Source of the DNA: Calditrichia bacterium
Lineage (GTDB): Bacteria > Calditrichota > Calditrichia > RBG-13-44-9 > J075
Direction of reading: 5' to 3'
NCBI GenBank assembly: GCA_050633245.1
Contig: JBOEGD010000026.1
Span: 1-64,000 of the forward strand
Length of the DNA stretch: 64,000 nucleotides
This document shows positions 29,841 to 39,784 of this stretch, in pieces (the first letter of the stretch is position 1; the number at the start of each line of letters is the position of its first letter). The translations under genes were made by a program, and so were the position numbers. Below the pieces are notes generated by a model, which was given only the letters and a program-made list of their open reading frames with translations, did no database searches and had not been told where the DNA came from.

Positions 29841-30682
29841 TTTGTAATCTTTCCCCAGCGCAGCAATGGCCGTGTTAAAAACATTCTGGATCGTGTATTG
29901 GCAATTCGCCAGGCTCGATCGGAGTGGAGCTGCATTCCGGCTTCTTCTAGTCGTAGCATATCTGTATTGTCGAGAAATCCCCGACAAGGATGAAGCATCA
30001 TGTCGGTTCCATACAATGCTTTGAAGTCTGCTGAGCGTTCAGCAATTTTCTTGGCCTGTGCCAGTGCGTCATAATAAAATGTTAGACCCGTTGCGATAAG
30101 AATACCGTTACTTTTTGTCAGTTGTTTTAATGTGTGAATATAGCCAATCGGATCTGCGAAGAATGCCAGGCAGCGATTGAGGATAATGACATCGAACTGT
30201 TTCTTGATGATTAATGGTTCGGCTAAATTCATTTGCACACATTGCCATTCCTGCTCGTAATGCTTCACTGCGCGCAACCCATCGAAATCATCGGAAAAGT
30301 AATCCAGAGCTGTTACGCGGTGTCCAAGACGAACTAAATTATTGCACAACCAACCATTCCACGCGCCGATTTCTAAAATCTGAAGGTTACTTCTGTCTTT
30401 TAATTCAGCTGTAAGTTGCTGTAGATCAATCTGTCTGTCCCGCCATTCCGGGTGATTGCCTGCTCCCGGCCCAAATGGCAAGTCCTGAAAATGTTGTGGA
30501 TCGCGAATTCGTTGTTGATCCATTTTTGCTCGGGAGAGCTTTAATGCCGCTTCCAACTCCAGAATGCGATTGGCAACATCCGATTGCAAAATACTCCAGA
30601 TCCCGGATTCATTTTTAATCGAATAGCCTTTGGCTTCAAGCGACGTAAGATCGCCTACAAGCTCAATGAGTTCACTATTCAT
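29831..30682 (-). CDS. Class I SAM-dependent methyltransferase
   Basis: ILEIGAWNGW, FDVII motifs. Confidence 0.85.
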   Translation of the reverse strand: MNSELIELVGDLTSLEAKGYSIKNESGIWSILQSDVANRILELEAALKLSRAKMDQQRIRDPQHFQDLPFGPGAGNHPEWRDRQIDLQQLTAELKDRSNLQILEIGAWNGWLCNNLVRLGHRVTALDYFSDDFDGLRAVKHYEQEWQCVQMNLAEPLIIKKQFDVIILNRCLAFFADPIGYIHTLKQLTKSNGILIATGLTFYYDALAQAKKIAERSADFKALYGTDMMLHPCRGFLDNTDMLRLEEAGMQLHSDRAWRIANTRSRMFLTRPLLRWGKITNDE

Positions 30683-31863
30683 TTTTTCTCCTCTACAGAA
30701 GTTCTCTCGCTGGTCCAATAGGCAATTGCCATCGTTGTTTGGGCAAGCGCGCTACCGGCAAGCGCACCGGTAATATGGTATGTCTGAACAAGAAAAAGTG
30801 TGAGCAGCGCATTCATCAGAATTCCCAAAGTATTAATTATTACCACTTTTTTGGTTTTCTCTTCCCGATAGAGCTTATAGATAATAGGTAGATAGGCGTA
30901 AATCGGTAGCACGAATAAGACGGCCCATATGAGTTGAGCAAGGGAAAGCTCGAATTGATATAGCGCAGCAATCGCAAACGCCACAGTTGGGACCGCAAGT
31001 GCCAGAATTACGCAGCCTAACAACGTTAGCCTTGCAGTCAGTTTATATAATGCTTCTGCTGGTAGTCGGAAAATATTCTTCAAAAATGGTTGAAGAATAA
31101 ATGCTGCCAGAGTTTGTAAGTAAATCAAAATGTTGATGGTGATTTGATAACGTCCTACAGATGAGCTCTCAAGAAACCCACTCACAATATAGAGATCGGT
31201 ACGAGATTGAAGCATCCCGGTGAGGCCCAAAATTAAGAATGGAATAGATGCCGTCAGCTCCGATTTTTGAAAGCGATATCGAAGATCCTTTAAAACGCTT
31301 TTGCGAAATAGAATTGTCAGGAGAATTGCTTTGAGAGTCGAGCCCAATGCAAATGCGGCAATCACTGTATCTGTGGACAGGTGCTCATGTCGCCAAAAAA
31401 TCATTGAAAGAATGGCGATTAGAGCAATAATTTCGATCAATAAAGACTTAGTAAACTTGCGATAGAAAATAATGATCGCTTCAAAAGATTGAGATAGAAA
31501 TGCAGCGCCGATCCACAGGGAAATATACAGAATGCTGTTTAAAGAAAGCGGAAAGAGACAAACAAGAAGCAAAATCGGAGCAAGAAGTACGAGTCTGCTA
31601 CTAACGTTTTGCTGCCAGATATTCGATACGCCGGAGGGCATGCGACTATACTCGCGCAACAGATACTCGCGGTTTCCCCAATAGATGAGATGATTTGCCA
31701 GATTTACGATAATCAAAACGCGTACAAACTCACCCCAAATCTCTACAGATCCCAAACGCACAACCAGCAGTGATACTGCAACGTTCAAAATGGGGGCGAC
31801 CAGCGTGTTTGCCGAACTGATTACAATTAACCAAAGTCTATTAAGCAGTTTGGGGATTTTCAC
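30679..31863 (-). CDS. Polysaccharide flippase (Wzx/MOP superfamily)
   Basis: About 12 TMs; RTDLYIV..VGRY and GALAG patterns; glycan-cluster context. Confidence 0.8.
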   Translation of the reverse strand: MKIPKLLNRLWLIVISSANTLVAPILNVAVSLLVVRLGSVEIWGEFVRVLIIVNLANHLIYWGNREYLLREYSRMPSGVSNIWQQNVSSRLVLLAPILLLVCLFPLSLNSILYISLWIGAAFLSQSFEAIIIFYRKFTKSLLIEIIALIAILSMIFWRHEHLSTDTVIAAFALGSTLKAILLTILFRKSVLKDLRYRFQKSELTASIPFLILGLTGMLQSRTDLYIVSGFLESSSVGRYQITINILIYLQTLAAFILQPFLKNIFRLPAEALYKLTARLTLLGCVILALAVPTVAFAIAALYQFELSLAQLIWAVLFVLPIYAYLPIIYKLYREEKTKKVVIINTLGILMNALLTLFLVQTYHITGALAGSALAQTTMAIAYWTSERTSVEEKK

Positions 31864-31910
31864 GATTGTCCATGCACTGTTCGTTTACTCTGCCCAGTAT
31901 ACGGTGAGAA

Positions 31911-31957
31911 AAGGCAATAAGGCAATAAGGCAATAAGGCAATAGGGCAATAGGGCAA
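31911..31957. repeat. Octamer tandem repeat (ARGGCAAT) x ~6
   Basis: Same unit as 3536-3604. Confidence 0.88.
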
Positions 31958-32061
31958 AATATATATTTGAGAAGCGGAGAACCTTTAAGCCATAGAAATT
32001 TAATGACCTTCTGCTACACAAGCTAGAAATTAACCCCGTTACCCCGTTATCCCGTCACGAC

Positions 32062-32742
32062 CTAATTCCAGACAAAGAGTTTGCCCACAACCTTTACCAC
32101 CCCATAGGCCAGATAGCCAAGTGGACCCGGTTTTAGCTTCTCTTGTGTTTCAATAGTAACTGTCGCATAAGCATCCAGATGCTGCAGGCGATTCATCTTG
32201 CCTTTGAGGCGTTCGATGGTGACATTCAAGCGTTCAAGCTCTTTCTCTATAGCCAGAGCCTGAGATACTCCCTTAGCCATTGCCAACAATTCGATATAAC
32301 GCTGTCGCGTTTTTTCTGCTGTATCCAAGCGAACGGTTAAGTCCTGATACTGCTCGGTTATATCCACACCGCGAATGTCTTTGCTTACGACCTTAGCCAA
32401 CGCTTCAATTTCTATTATGGCCTCTTCCATCCTCTCTGATGGAACGCGAATCTCAGTGGATTGTTTTTGCATTTTTAGAAGATAACCACCATGTTTCTTA
32501 GCAATTGAGTTCACTGCCAAATGAAGGTCTGGTGCTTTATCCTTAGCGACCTCCAGACGCAATGCAGCGTCATAAATCATCATGCGGTCGATTGCTTCGT
32601 GTTGCTTTGCCAGTTGTTGCAGCTCCGTTACCAGAACCGGGTCTTGAGATTGTATTGCAGGCTGAGTGAGGTGCGTTCGCTGTGAGCAGCTCAATACCAA
32701 AATTAAGAGAGAAAAAATGCCGAGGATGGGATTGAATCGCAT
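32062..32742 (-). CDS. DUF4349-family lipoprotein
   Basis: VLSC lipobox; GGY, IRVP, DITEQYQD, coiled coil, ATVTI. Confidence 0.85.
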   Translation of the reverse strand: MRFNPILGIFSLLILVLSCSQRTHLTQPAIQSQDPVLVTELQQLAKQHEAIDRMMIYDAALRLEVAKDKAPDLHLAVNSIAKKHGGYLLKMQKQSTEIRVPSERMEEAIIEIEALAKVVSKDIRGVDITEQYQDLTVRLDTAEKTRQRYIELLAMAKGVSQALAIEKELERLNVTIERLKGKMNRLQHLDAYATVTIETQEKLKPGPLGYLAYGVVKVVGKLFVWN

Positions 32743-32762
32743 GAAATGCTCCTTGTTAAACG

Positions 32763-33824
32763 TTACGGTTTCCGCGGGCGGCGATACAATCTTACAAAAT
32801 CTCGAATGGTCTCGTCGATGGATTGAATCATAATAGACCGCGTGTCTGGTGGTGATTGCAGCTGTTCACGTAACGTTTTTAGCATGTCTCTCCGATTTAG
32901 GCATAAATGTGTTTTTGGTGAGTTAGCTGCTCCAACATCGAAGCAAATAACGCGCATTCCACTATACAAGGCTTCATTAAATACGTAGCCTTGAGATTCA
33001 TAGCTTGAAGTGTGGAGTAATATTAAGCTATCTGCCATATGCTGAAGCACATCTTTGCGGGGTAAGTGTCCCATTAGTTTCATTGTCGCATTAAGATCTT
33101 TATCAGCAACTAACTGTTCTATGTTTTTACGCTCCGGACCATCGCCAATTAGAACGCATTTTAAGTCATTGAAATCGGATCGTATTTCATCGATTAACTC
33201 AACAAAGAGTTGGTAGTTTTTTAATTCTGTCAGCGCGCCGACACCGAGAATATGAATTTGTCGCGCAGTATTTGCCTCTGGGAAATCATTTCTTTGCAGG
33301 CCGATGGGGATAATCGCATCGATAGAGCCGCGATTTCCCAGCGCATCTGCTGCATTGGCCGATCCCGCGGTACTTGTAAAACGCTCGAAGTTTAGTCTCT
33401 TTAAATAGCGGTTGTTGCTTCGTGCATCTTGTCCCATTACTGATGCTACATGCGGCAGAGAATAGAAGCGTGCTGCATGCTGACCAATAAGCGATGTCTC
33501 CTCCAACCAAAAACTATGAATCAGATCAATTGTCTTTTTTCGCTGAATATTACGAATATAGTTCATCGCGATTGCCCATGTCCATAGGCGACGAATTTTC
33601 CCCCTGTTTTGACCTCCACATGAGTAAACGTCAATTCCGTTCCACATATAGTAGCCACGGGCAAATGGATATTGCATGCTAATAATGCTTATTTGAATGT
33701 CCGGATGGGAATTGGCAAGTGCACGGACGTAGCTTTGCAGCGCTGGAATGCAGGTCGTGTCCTGCTCGTTTTCAGGGAAGCCGGGGACGATTAGTAGGAT
33801 GTGCTGTAGCGGCTTATCGGGCAC
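32763..33824 (-). CDS. GT4 glycosyltransferase
   Basis: VGAL..KN, IGDGPE, TSSYESQG..EAL. Confidence 0.88.
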   Translation of the reverse strand: MPDKPLQHILLIVPGFPENEQDTTCIPALQSYVRALANSHPDIQISIISMQYPFARGYYMWNGIDVYSCGGQNRGKIRRLWTWAIAMNYIRNIQRKKTIDLIHSFWLEETSLIGQHAARFYSLPHVASVMGQDARSNNRYLKRLNFERFTSTAGSANAADALGNRGSIDAIIPIGLQRNDFPEANTARQIHILGVGALTELKNYQLFVELIDEIRSDFNDLKCVLIGDGPERKNIEQLVADKDLNATMKLMGHLPRKDVLQHMADSLILLHTSSYESQGYVFNEALYSGMRVICFDVGAANSPKTHLCLNRRDMLKTLREQLQSPPDTRSIMIQSIDETIRDFVRLYRRPRKP

Positions 33825-35268
33825 CAGGTGTCTCCGGAACTGTGTTTGTGGCGATCTCTGCTACTTTATACAATGTCCAACCCTGGGGGAGCACTTTTAC
33901 AGGCTGCAGGCTGTAGGTTGTTTTCAAGAATTCCCAGTTTAGCATAGGATTCTTTCCCTGCCACTGCACGGCGAATTTTTGCGGATTGAAAAGCAATAGC
34001 GACGGAGTCTTTGCCGCTGCCAGTTTTTCATAATATAGATTAATAATTTCATTTTTCACGTCATAACTACGAAGAGAAAGATCTATCCAAAAGGTATAAA
34101 TCGGCAGATTGTCTTGCTGTTTTATTTCAAGAGCTATTGTCTTCTCCAGCTTGTTTGCCTGATATAGCGGGTTTGCATAACGCATAATTAGAAGCAGTTG
34201 AGTGACTATCAACAAAAGGTATAACGCATATCTGAAACGAGTTGACGGCAGCCACTTATGAAGGCGTTGCCAACCCGGAAATAGTACAATAAAACATAAC
34301 GGAAACGCTGGCAATAAAAATCGCAGGTTTTGAAAAGGAACCCCGGCAAGAAAGAGCCCGTACAGTGCAATACTGCCAATCAACAAAAAGTTCTTTTTTA
34401 TATCCACGGGTCGCAAGCAGAGTAGTAAAATGAAACCGGGCAGAATAAAGCCCGGATGAAATAAAGCGCTTCCTGCATAGACGATATTGGGGAGTGTATA
34501 ATTGGCGAAGCCATCCAATGTTTGAAAACTGCGTATTGGCCAGTTCCCCAAAGACCAACTCACTAACCACGGATGCGCAAGAAACGCGCTGCTTTCGCCA
34601 CCTCGAAGCAACATGTGCGGTATTGCAGGAGCAAGCGAGAAAAGAGCGCACTTAATTAGAAATAACGGTCTAAATGTGGACATTTGAATGCGTAAAAAAA
34701 AGATGACCGGCAAAGCGATAAGTGGTGCAACGGCATAGCGTGTGGTTACGGCACACGCTGCGTAAAACAACAGGAGGATATAGCCGTTGTCTGTCGGCCT
34801 TGTTCGCAATCGATGCGCCATAAAAAAAGTGGCCATTATAAAAGCAGCGGCCAGCATGTCAGACATAATGAGCAGGCTGTTAGTAAAAAAAAGAGGCGAC
34901 AGAAGTAAAAGGATGAGAATATACGATGTTCGCCCTAAGGCATTCGGATAGACAGACTGCAAATAACTGCTTGTCATCCATATCGTTGCAGATGCCGCGA
35001 GCATTGAAATAAGCTGTGCGGATATCGCGCTGTCACGAAGAAAAATTGCTAATATAGCTGCGTCCAATGGATAGTTCACCGGCCAAAAAAAAATCCCCGG
35101 GTGCTGTCCCTCCTCTAAAAATATGCGCAGACGCTCTGCAAAACGTAAATATTCGTGACTATCCTGCCCATAGAGCCCGTTGAAGTCGGAAAAAAAGCGA
35201 ATAATGAGTACGGTAAGGAAGAAACATGATGAAAGAAAAATGGGGGAGGTTAATTTGATGTTTCGCAT
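33814..35268 (-). CDS. Multi-TM GT-C-like (ArnT/PMT) glycosyltransferase
   Basis: GQDSHEY loop, WPVNYP, MSD, TRY, RFLLP; many TMs. Confidence 0.7.
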   Translation of the reverse strand: MRNIKLTSPIFLSSCFFLTVLIIRFFSDFNGLYGQDSHEYLRFAERLRIFLEEGQHPGIFFWPVNYPLDAAILAIFLRDSAISAQLISMLAASATIWMTSSYLQSVYPNALGRTSYILILLLLSPLFFTNSLLIMSDMLAAAFIMATFFMAHRLRTRPTDNGYILLLFYAACAVTTRYAVAPLIALPVIFFLRIQMSTFRPLFLIKCALFSLAPAIPHMLLRGGESSAFLAHPWLVSWSLGNWPIRSFQTLDGFANYTLPNIVYAGSALFHPGFILPGFILLLCLRPVDIKKNFLLIGSIALYGLFLAGVPFQNLRFLLPAFPLCFIVLFPGWQRLHKWLPSTRFRYALYLLLIVTQLLLIMRYANPLYQANKLEKTIALEIKQQDNLPIYTFWIDLSLRSYDVKNEIINLYYEKLAAAKTPSLLLFNPQKFAVQWQGKNPMLNWEFLKTTYSLQPVKVLPQGWTLYKVAEIATNTVPETPGAR

Positions 35269-35431
35269 GGAGTCGTATCACTTGGATGTTGATGAAATCT
35301 AACCGAATATAGGCATTTCGCAGTTTGTTACAAGCTAATGCTGATAAAGTGTATCGGAAAAATTTATATTTTGCTCAGCTTGGAGAGAAGTCAATCCGAA
35401 ACTAATTATAGCATAAAACAAGGAGGTTGAT

Positions 35432-36511
35432 ATGCTGGAAGCTGTGAATCGAGAACAATCAGATGTCCTTGTGTCTGTTGAAACCATGAAGGCATTGGTC
35501 TATTACGGTAGCCGTGATATTCGAATAGAACATGTTGAAAAACCCACCCCCGGACCTAATGAAGTATTGATTCGGGTAACTCACGCCGGAATCTCTCAAA
35601 CTCAAGTAAATGAATTTGTTGAAGGCCCTTTTGTTATCAATACAGCTCCGCATCCCCTTACCGGAAAAGCTGTCCCGCTTATTCCCGGTCACGAATTTGG
35701 TGGTATTATTGAAGAAGTTGGCGCTACTGCCGGTAAGCAGCTTATCGGCAAGCAAGTCGCGGCATTACCACGGATAACGTGTGGAGAGTGTCGCTATTGT
35801 AGGTCTGGTAAAGAACATATCTGCAAGAAAATTGCCTATATCGGTTTGCTTGGTGAGAATGGTGGTTTTGCTCAATATGCCGTTGTACCAAAGCAAAATA
35901 TTGTGGAGGTGCAGGATACTGCTGCTATGTCTTTTATTGAGCCGATTCTTGTTGGACTTCATGCCGGAAGAGTTATTCAACACTTATTGCCTGCCAGTAA
36001 GGTGCTGGTTATGGGAGCGGGAGGTATTGGTGTTTGTCTGGCCGCAGTTTTACGAGATTACTTTCGAGCTGATGTTACGCTTACCGATATTTTGCCAAAT
36101 CGTCTTGCACGTATCAAAAAAGCGGGCTTCAATGTCTTGGGTAAAAATCAGTTGAAGCGCGAGTATGATATTGTAATCGATTGTGCCGGAGGCGATCCGA
36201 TAAGTCAACGCTCAGCAATCTTTGAGGCATTTGATTATATCTATAACGGCGGGACAGTGCTTAATCTTGGGACTTATTTCCACCCGCTCTCCTTTGTACC
36301 GGTTACACTCACGGTTCCTGAAATGCAGCTGAGAACGTCCTTTGCTTATGATTCGCATGATGAAGAGCTGCTCAATGATGCGTTGGAGGCGATCAAACTC
36401 GACTTCAGCGAGCTTATTGATAAGATTGACTTTGATAAACTTATCGTTGAGGGATACTTTCGTTCGGAAGTAGACAAAGACAGCTTTATCCGTTTGGTGG
36501 TGCAACCGTAA
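35432..36511 (+). CDS. Zn-binding MDR, (R,R)-2,3-butanediol dehydrogenase homolog with a degenerate catalytic site
   Basis: PHPLTG..PGHEFGG, CGECRYC..C structural Zn site, GAGGIG; canonical CGICGSDLHE reads AGISQTQVNE; AGGAGG SD. Confidence 0.88.
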   Translation: MLEAVNREQSDVLVSVETMKALVYYGSRDIRIEHVEKPTPGPNEVLIRVTHAGISQTQVNEFVEGPFVINTAPHPLTGKAVPLIPGHEFGGIIEEVGATAGKQLIGKQVAALPRITCGECRYCRSGKEHICKKIAYIGLLGENGGFAQYAVVPKQNIVEVQDTAAMSFIEPILVGLHAGRVIQHLLPASKVLVMGAGGIGVCLAAVLRDYFRADVTLTDILPNRLARIKKAGFNVLGKNQLKREYDIVIDCAGGDPISQRSAIFEAFDYIYNGGTVLNLGTYFHPLSFVPVTLTVPEMQLRTSFAYDSHDEELLNDALEAIKLDFSELIDKIDFDKLIVEGYFRSEVDKDSFIRLVVQP

Positions 36512-38175
36512 TGCAACTGGAGAAGCTCATAGCCGATATGCTTCAGGTTGAAATTCTTCCTGAAGATCAGGAATTGAGTTCGGATGCCGAACTAAAGCGA
36601 ATTCCACTGCGCAATACCGGGATGGTTGTCTATGTGGACAACAGCTATTCTACGTCTGAGATTTTTCGCATAAAGAGCAGCCTGGAAAAACTGCTTACCA
36701 AAATTCAACCTATGCAGGCGGCTCAGGCAGAAAACGATATTCTTCGCAATGAGCTTCGTGATATCTCTGCCGCTGCCGATAAGCTGGCTCTTCAGGGCGT
36801 TGCACTTGAATATGAGTTCGATTTTTTGGCGGTTGTAAAAGCGCGCTATGTTCTTTTAAAGAACGATCAAGTATTAGTTAACACCGGCCTGGATGAACAC
36901 ACAATTAAGTCATCTGCTCACAAATTGATTCACCGAAATACATTTTCACTCTATATCCGTGCAGGGGAACTGATCGGTTTTAAAACGACCAGCTACAAGC
37001 TAATTGTGGTGAGTGACGAGATTTTGGATGAATCAATTAAACAGATCATCTCTACCAAGCTCAATTGGCTGGAGAGAATGCTTCAGCAGACAAGCCAGGA
37101 GCTGGAGGCTGTTTTTGAAGTGATCCCCGACTTGTTTTTGAGGGTCGATAATCAGGGTATACTTTTGGACTCTCGTGGTTCGCTTGTCTGTGGGTTACAT
37201 AATTTTACCGGCGAGAACTTGGGTAAGCCGCTTTATGGTGTTTTACTCCCGGATGTCACGGAGCAATTTCGTGCTGCGCTAGAAAGCTGTTTATCCAATA
37301 ACGCCCGTGAAACAGTAGAGTTTAGCTCGAATCGATGTAATGGTATCATGCACTATGAATCGCGCTTTGTACCGCTCTCGGAATCGCAGGCTGTTATCAT
37401 TATTCGGGATATTACGTATCAAAAAGAGGTGGCAGAAAATCAACATCTGCTTTTAGACCGAGTCGAGAGCATAAATTCAGAGCTAAAAGATTTTGCATAT
37501 ATTGTCTCTCACGACTTAAAGGCACCACTGCGTTCAATAAAGTCGATCTCCGATTGGCTGATAAGCGATTACCAGGAACAGCTCGACGATAGCGGAAAAG
37601 AAATGCTCGATCTTCTGGGAAGCAGGGTATTGCGCATGCACAACCTTATCGAAGGAGTGCTGGCATACTCGCGGGTTGGCCAGGCAAACGAAGATCGGGT
37701 TTTGGTCGACTTGCAGCAATCTGTGAAAGACGTAACTGAGATGCTTAGTCCACCGGAGAACATCGAGATTCAGGTTTTGGGCTCACTACCAACGTTGCGG
37801 ATTGGTAAAACCAGAATTGAACAGGTTTTTCAAAACTTCCTGAGTAATGCTATTAAGTATATGGATAAAGAAAATGGCAAAGTTGAGGTTAGCTATACCA
37901 GGTCGGCTTCGGAGTGTATCTTTTGCATCAAAGATAACGGACCAGGTATTTCGGAGAAACATTTTGATCGAATCTTTCGCATCTTCCAAACCGTTTCCGG
38001 TAAAGAGAGTTTCGAAAATACCGGCGTAGGCCTTAGCATTATAAAAAAGATTGTTGAAAACTATGGTGGAAGAGTCTGGATAGAATCGGTGGAGGGAGAA
38101 GGCTCTTCTTTCTTTTTCAGTTTACCGAATAACATGAGTGTTAATGCTTCAGAAGAAGAGCCTGTCGCTTTTTAA
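36511..38175 (+). CDS. Cytoplasmic PAS-domain sensor histidine kinase
   Basis: IPD...IIRDIT PAS, SHDLKAPLR H-box, N/G1/F/G2 boxes; no TM; TAATG overlap with the MDR gene. Confidence 0.92.
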   Translation: MQLEKLIADMLQVEILPEDQELSSDAELKRIPLRNTGMVVYVDNSYSTSEIFRIKSSLEKLLTKIQPMQAAQAENDILRNELRDISAAADKLALQGVALEYEFDFLAVVKARYVLLKNDQVLVNTGLDEHTIKSSAHKLIHRNTFSLYIRAGELIGFKTTSYKLIVVSDEILDESIKQIISTKLNWLERMLQQTSQELEAVFEVIPDLFLRVDNQGILLDSRGSLVCGLHNFTGENLGKPLYGVLLPDVTEQFRAALESCLSNNARETVEFSSNRCNGIMHYESRFVPLSESQAVIIIRDITYQKEVAENQHLLLDRVESINSELKDFAYIVSHDLKAPLRSIKSISDWLISDYQEQLDDSGKEMLDLLGSRVLRMHNLIEGVLAYSRVGQANEDRVLVDLQQSVKDVTEMLSPPENIEIQVLGSLPTLRIGKTRIEQVFQNFLSNAIKYMDKENGKVEVSYTRSASECIFCIKDNGPGISEKHFDRIFRIFQTVSGKESFENTGVGLSIIKKIVENYGGRVWIESVEGEGSSFFFSLPNNMSVNASEEEPVAF

Positions 38176-38976
38176 CTATCTTTTTATACATAGCCATGGA
38201 AATGGCGACTTTGGAGTTCCTTTCAACTTTTGACCCAATCTTATGCGAAACGATCGTGGATCGTATAAGGTCTTTGGCTTAAACGCCGCGAGTTCTTCAT
38301 ACGCATGATGGAAAAAATGAGAGCTTAACGCTGGAAATCCTGCCGACTGATAATAGCTGTTGCTCCGAGTTTTAGCAGCTTCGATTCCTTCTCTCGCATA
38401 GAATGGGCTGTCGATAATATGAACTTCTCCGCCCTCAGCCAGAAAGTATTGCAATCTGTTTAGTAATGTAGTGACGTTTGGAAAATACTGAATCGAGCTT
38501 CCCAATAAAATGATGTCAAAACACTTTTCCGGAAGAACGTTGTCAAAAATACTGCCATACAGCCACAGCAATTTATCGCCGTATTCATGGAAGACCCGAG
38601 CCGCTTGCAGCAGTTCTTCGCTGTTCATGTCAAGCCCGACAGTTAGTTGGGAATAGGGGTGGAGATGTCGGGTCATCCAGCCATTACCACAGCCAATGTC
38701 TAACAGACGGGGTGGACTTTTTAGATCGGATAAGTAGCGTTGCATTCGTTCGAGAGACTGCGCGCGAATCGTCCATTCTTGTGTTAGAGGATGATTTTCT
38801 GAAACCAGTGGCAAGGCATACAGCTGCGCATCGGAATAAAATCGACCTTCTTTTTTGCGTAGTGCAATATACGCTTCTTCAAAGCTGGTTGGGATAATGC
38901 GATCGTAGAACCAGAGTCGCTTTTCTCTGCGAGCACCGGCCTGCTTTAATTGATTTTCTAGCTGCTGTAGGGGCAT
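38176..38976 (-). CDS. Class I SAM-dependent methyltransferase (paralog-like of 29831-30682)
   Basis: LLDIGCGNGW, FDII, QYF, IIDSPFY. Confidence 0.88.
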   Translation of the reverse strand: MPLQQLENQLKQAGARREKRLWFYDRIIPTSFEEAYIALRKKEGRFYSDAQLYALPLVSENHPLTQEWTIRAQSLERMQRYLSDLKSPPRLLDIGCGNGWMTRHLHPYSQLTVGLDMNSEELLQAARVFHEYGDKLLWLYGSIFDNVLPEKCFDIILLGSSIQYFPNVTTLLNRLQYFLAEGGEVHIIDSPFYAREGIEAAKTRSNSYYQSAGFPALSSHFFHHAYEELAAFKPKTLYDPRSFRIRLGQKLKGTPKSPFPWLCIKR

Positions 38977-38988
38977 TCTTTTCTCATC

Positions 38989-39753
38989 TTAGCTGTCATC
39001 TCTTCTGGCAAAAACATAGCAGACATGATCTCCGCCAACCCATTCCGGGAGACGTTCCGCAAGATATTTATCCAGTCTTTTTAACAGGGGAAAGAACGGT
39101 ATAAACAATTTTTCATGATTTGCGAATTGATCCGGTGTTGGTAAGACAGATGCCAGATGAACCCGTTGTAAAACTTCAAACTCCGCCGGAAGCATATTTT
39201 TAGAGTAGTAATGCACGCTCATGCCTCCGGAAACCGGTAGCGTTTTAGAAATAAGCCTGCCATATAGTGAGGAAAAGCGCAATCGACAAACATTACCAAG
39301 TGCAGAGAAAAGGTGTAGTGGCGGCATCGTTACAATGATAACTCTTCCACCGGGAGCCAAAAGACGTTTTAGTTTTTTTTGTATCTGCACGATATCCGGC
39401 ATTGCATTAATAACGCCGAAGTTCAGCAGAATGGCATCATAGAGTCTGTCCTCAGGCATCTGAAAAAAATCGAGATGATGGACTTCTGCATCAAGTCCGG
39501 TTTTACCAGACTGTTCTTTTGCAAGTTTTACCATTTCATTGGAAATGTCGAGGGCGGTAACAAGCAGACCACGCGAACCATACCAGCCGAAATCAGAGCC
39601 GGGGCCGCAGCCAACATCCAGCAGCGTGCTGCCGGGAGAGAGCAAATTTGCCAGCACGCGATGGATGCGCTTGCGCTGATATCGTCCAACCCTATTCAGG
39701 TTGAATTTCTGCTCGTAATCTGTTGCGTAGACGTCGAAGGTTGCTTCGATCAT
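38989..39753 (-). CDS. Class I SAM-dependent methyltransferase
   Basis: LLDVGCGPGSD, NFGVIN, LAPGG. Confidence 0.88.
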   Translation of the reverse strand: MIEATFDVYATDYEQKFNLNRVGRYQRKRIHRVLANLLSPGSTLLDVGCGPGSDFGWYGSRGLLVTALDISNEMVKLAKEQSGKTGLDAEVHHLDFFQMPEDRLYDAILLNFGVINAMPDIVQIQKKLKRLLAPGGRVIIVTMPPLHLFSALGNVCRLRFSSLYGRLISKTLPVSGGMSVHYYSKNMLPAEFEVLQRVHLASVLPTPDQFANHEKLFIPFFPLLKRLDKYLAERLPEWVGGDHVCYVFARRDDS

Positions 39754-39784
39754 GTGGCTATCTTAGTTGGCCTGAGGCGAATTG

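Noticed and set aside
35375-35431. Glycine riboswitch (GGAGAGA...CCGAA)
   Set aside because: The rest of the aptamer (CUCUCAGG, P1 pairing) is absent
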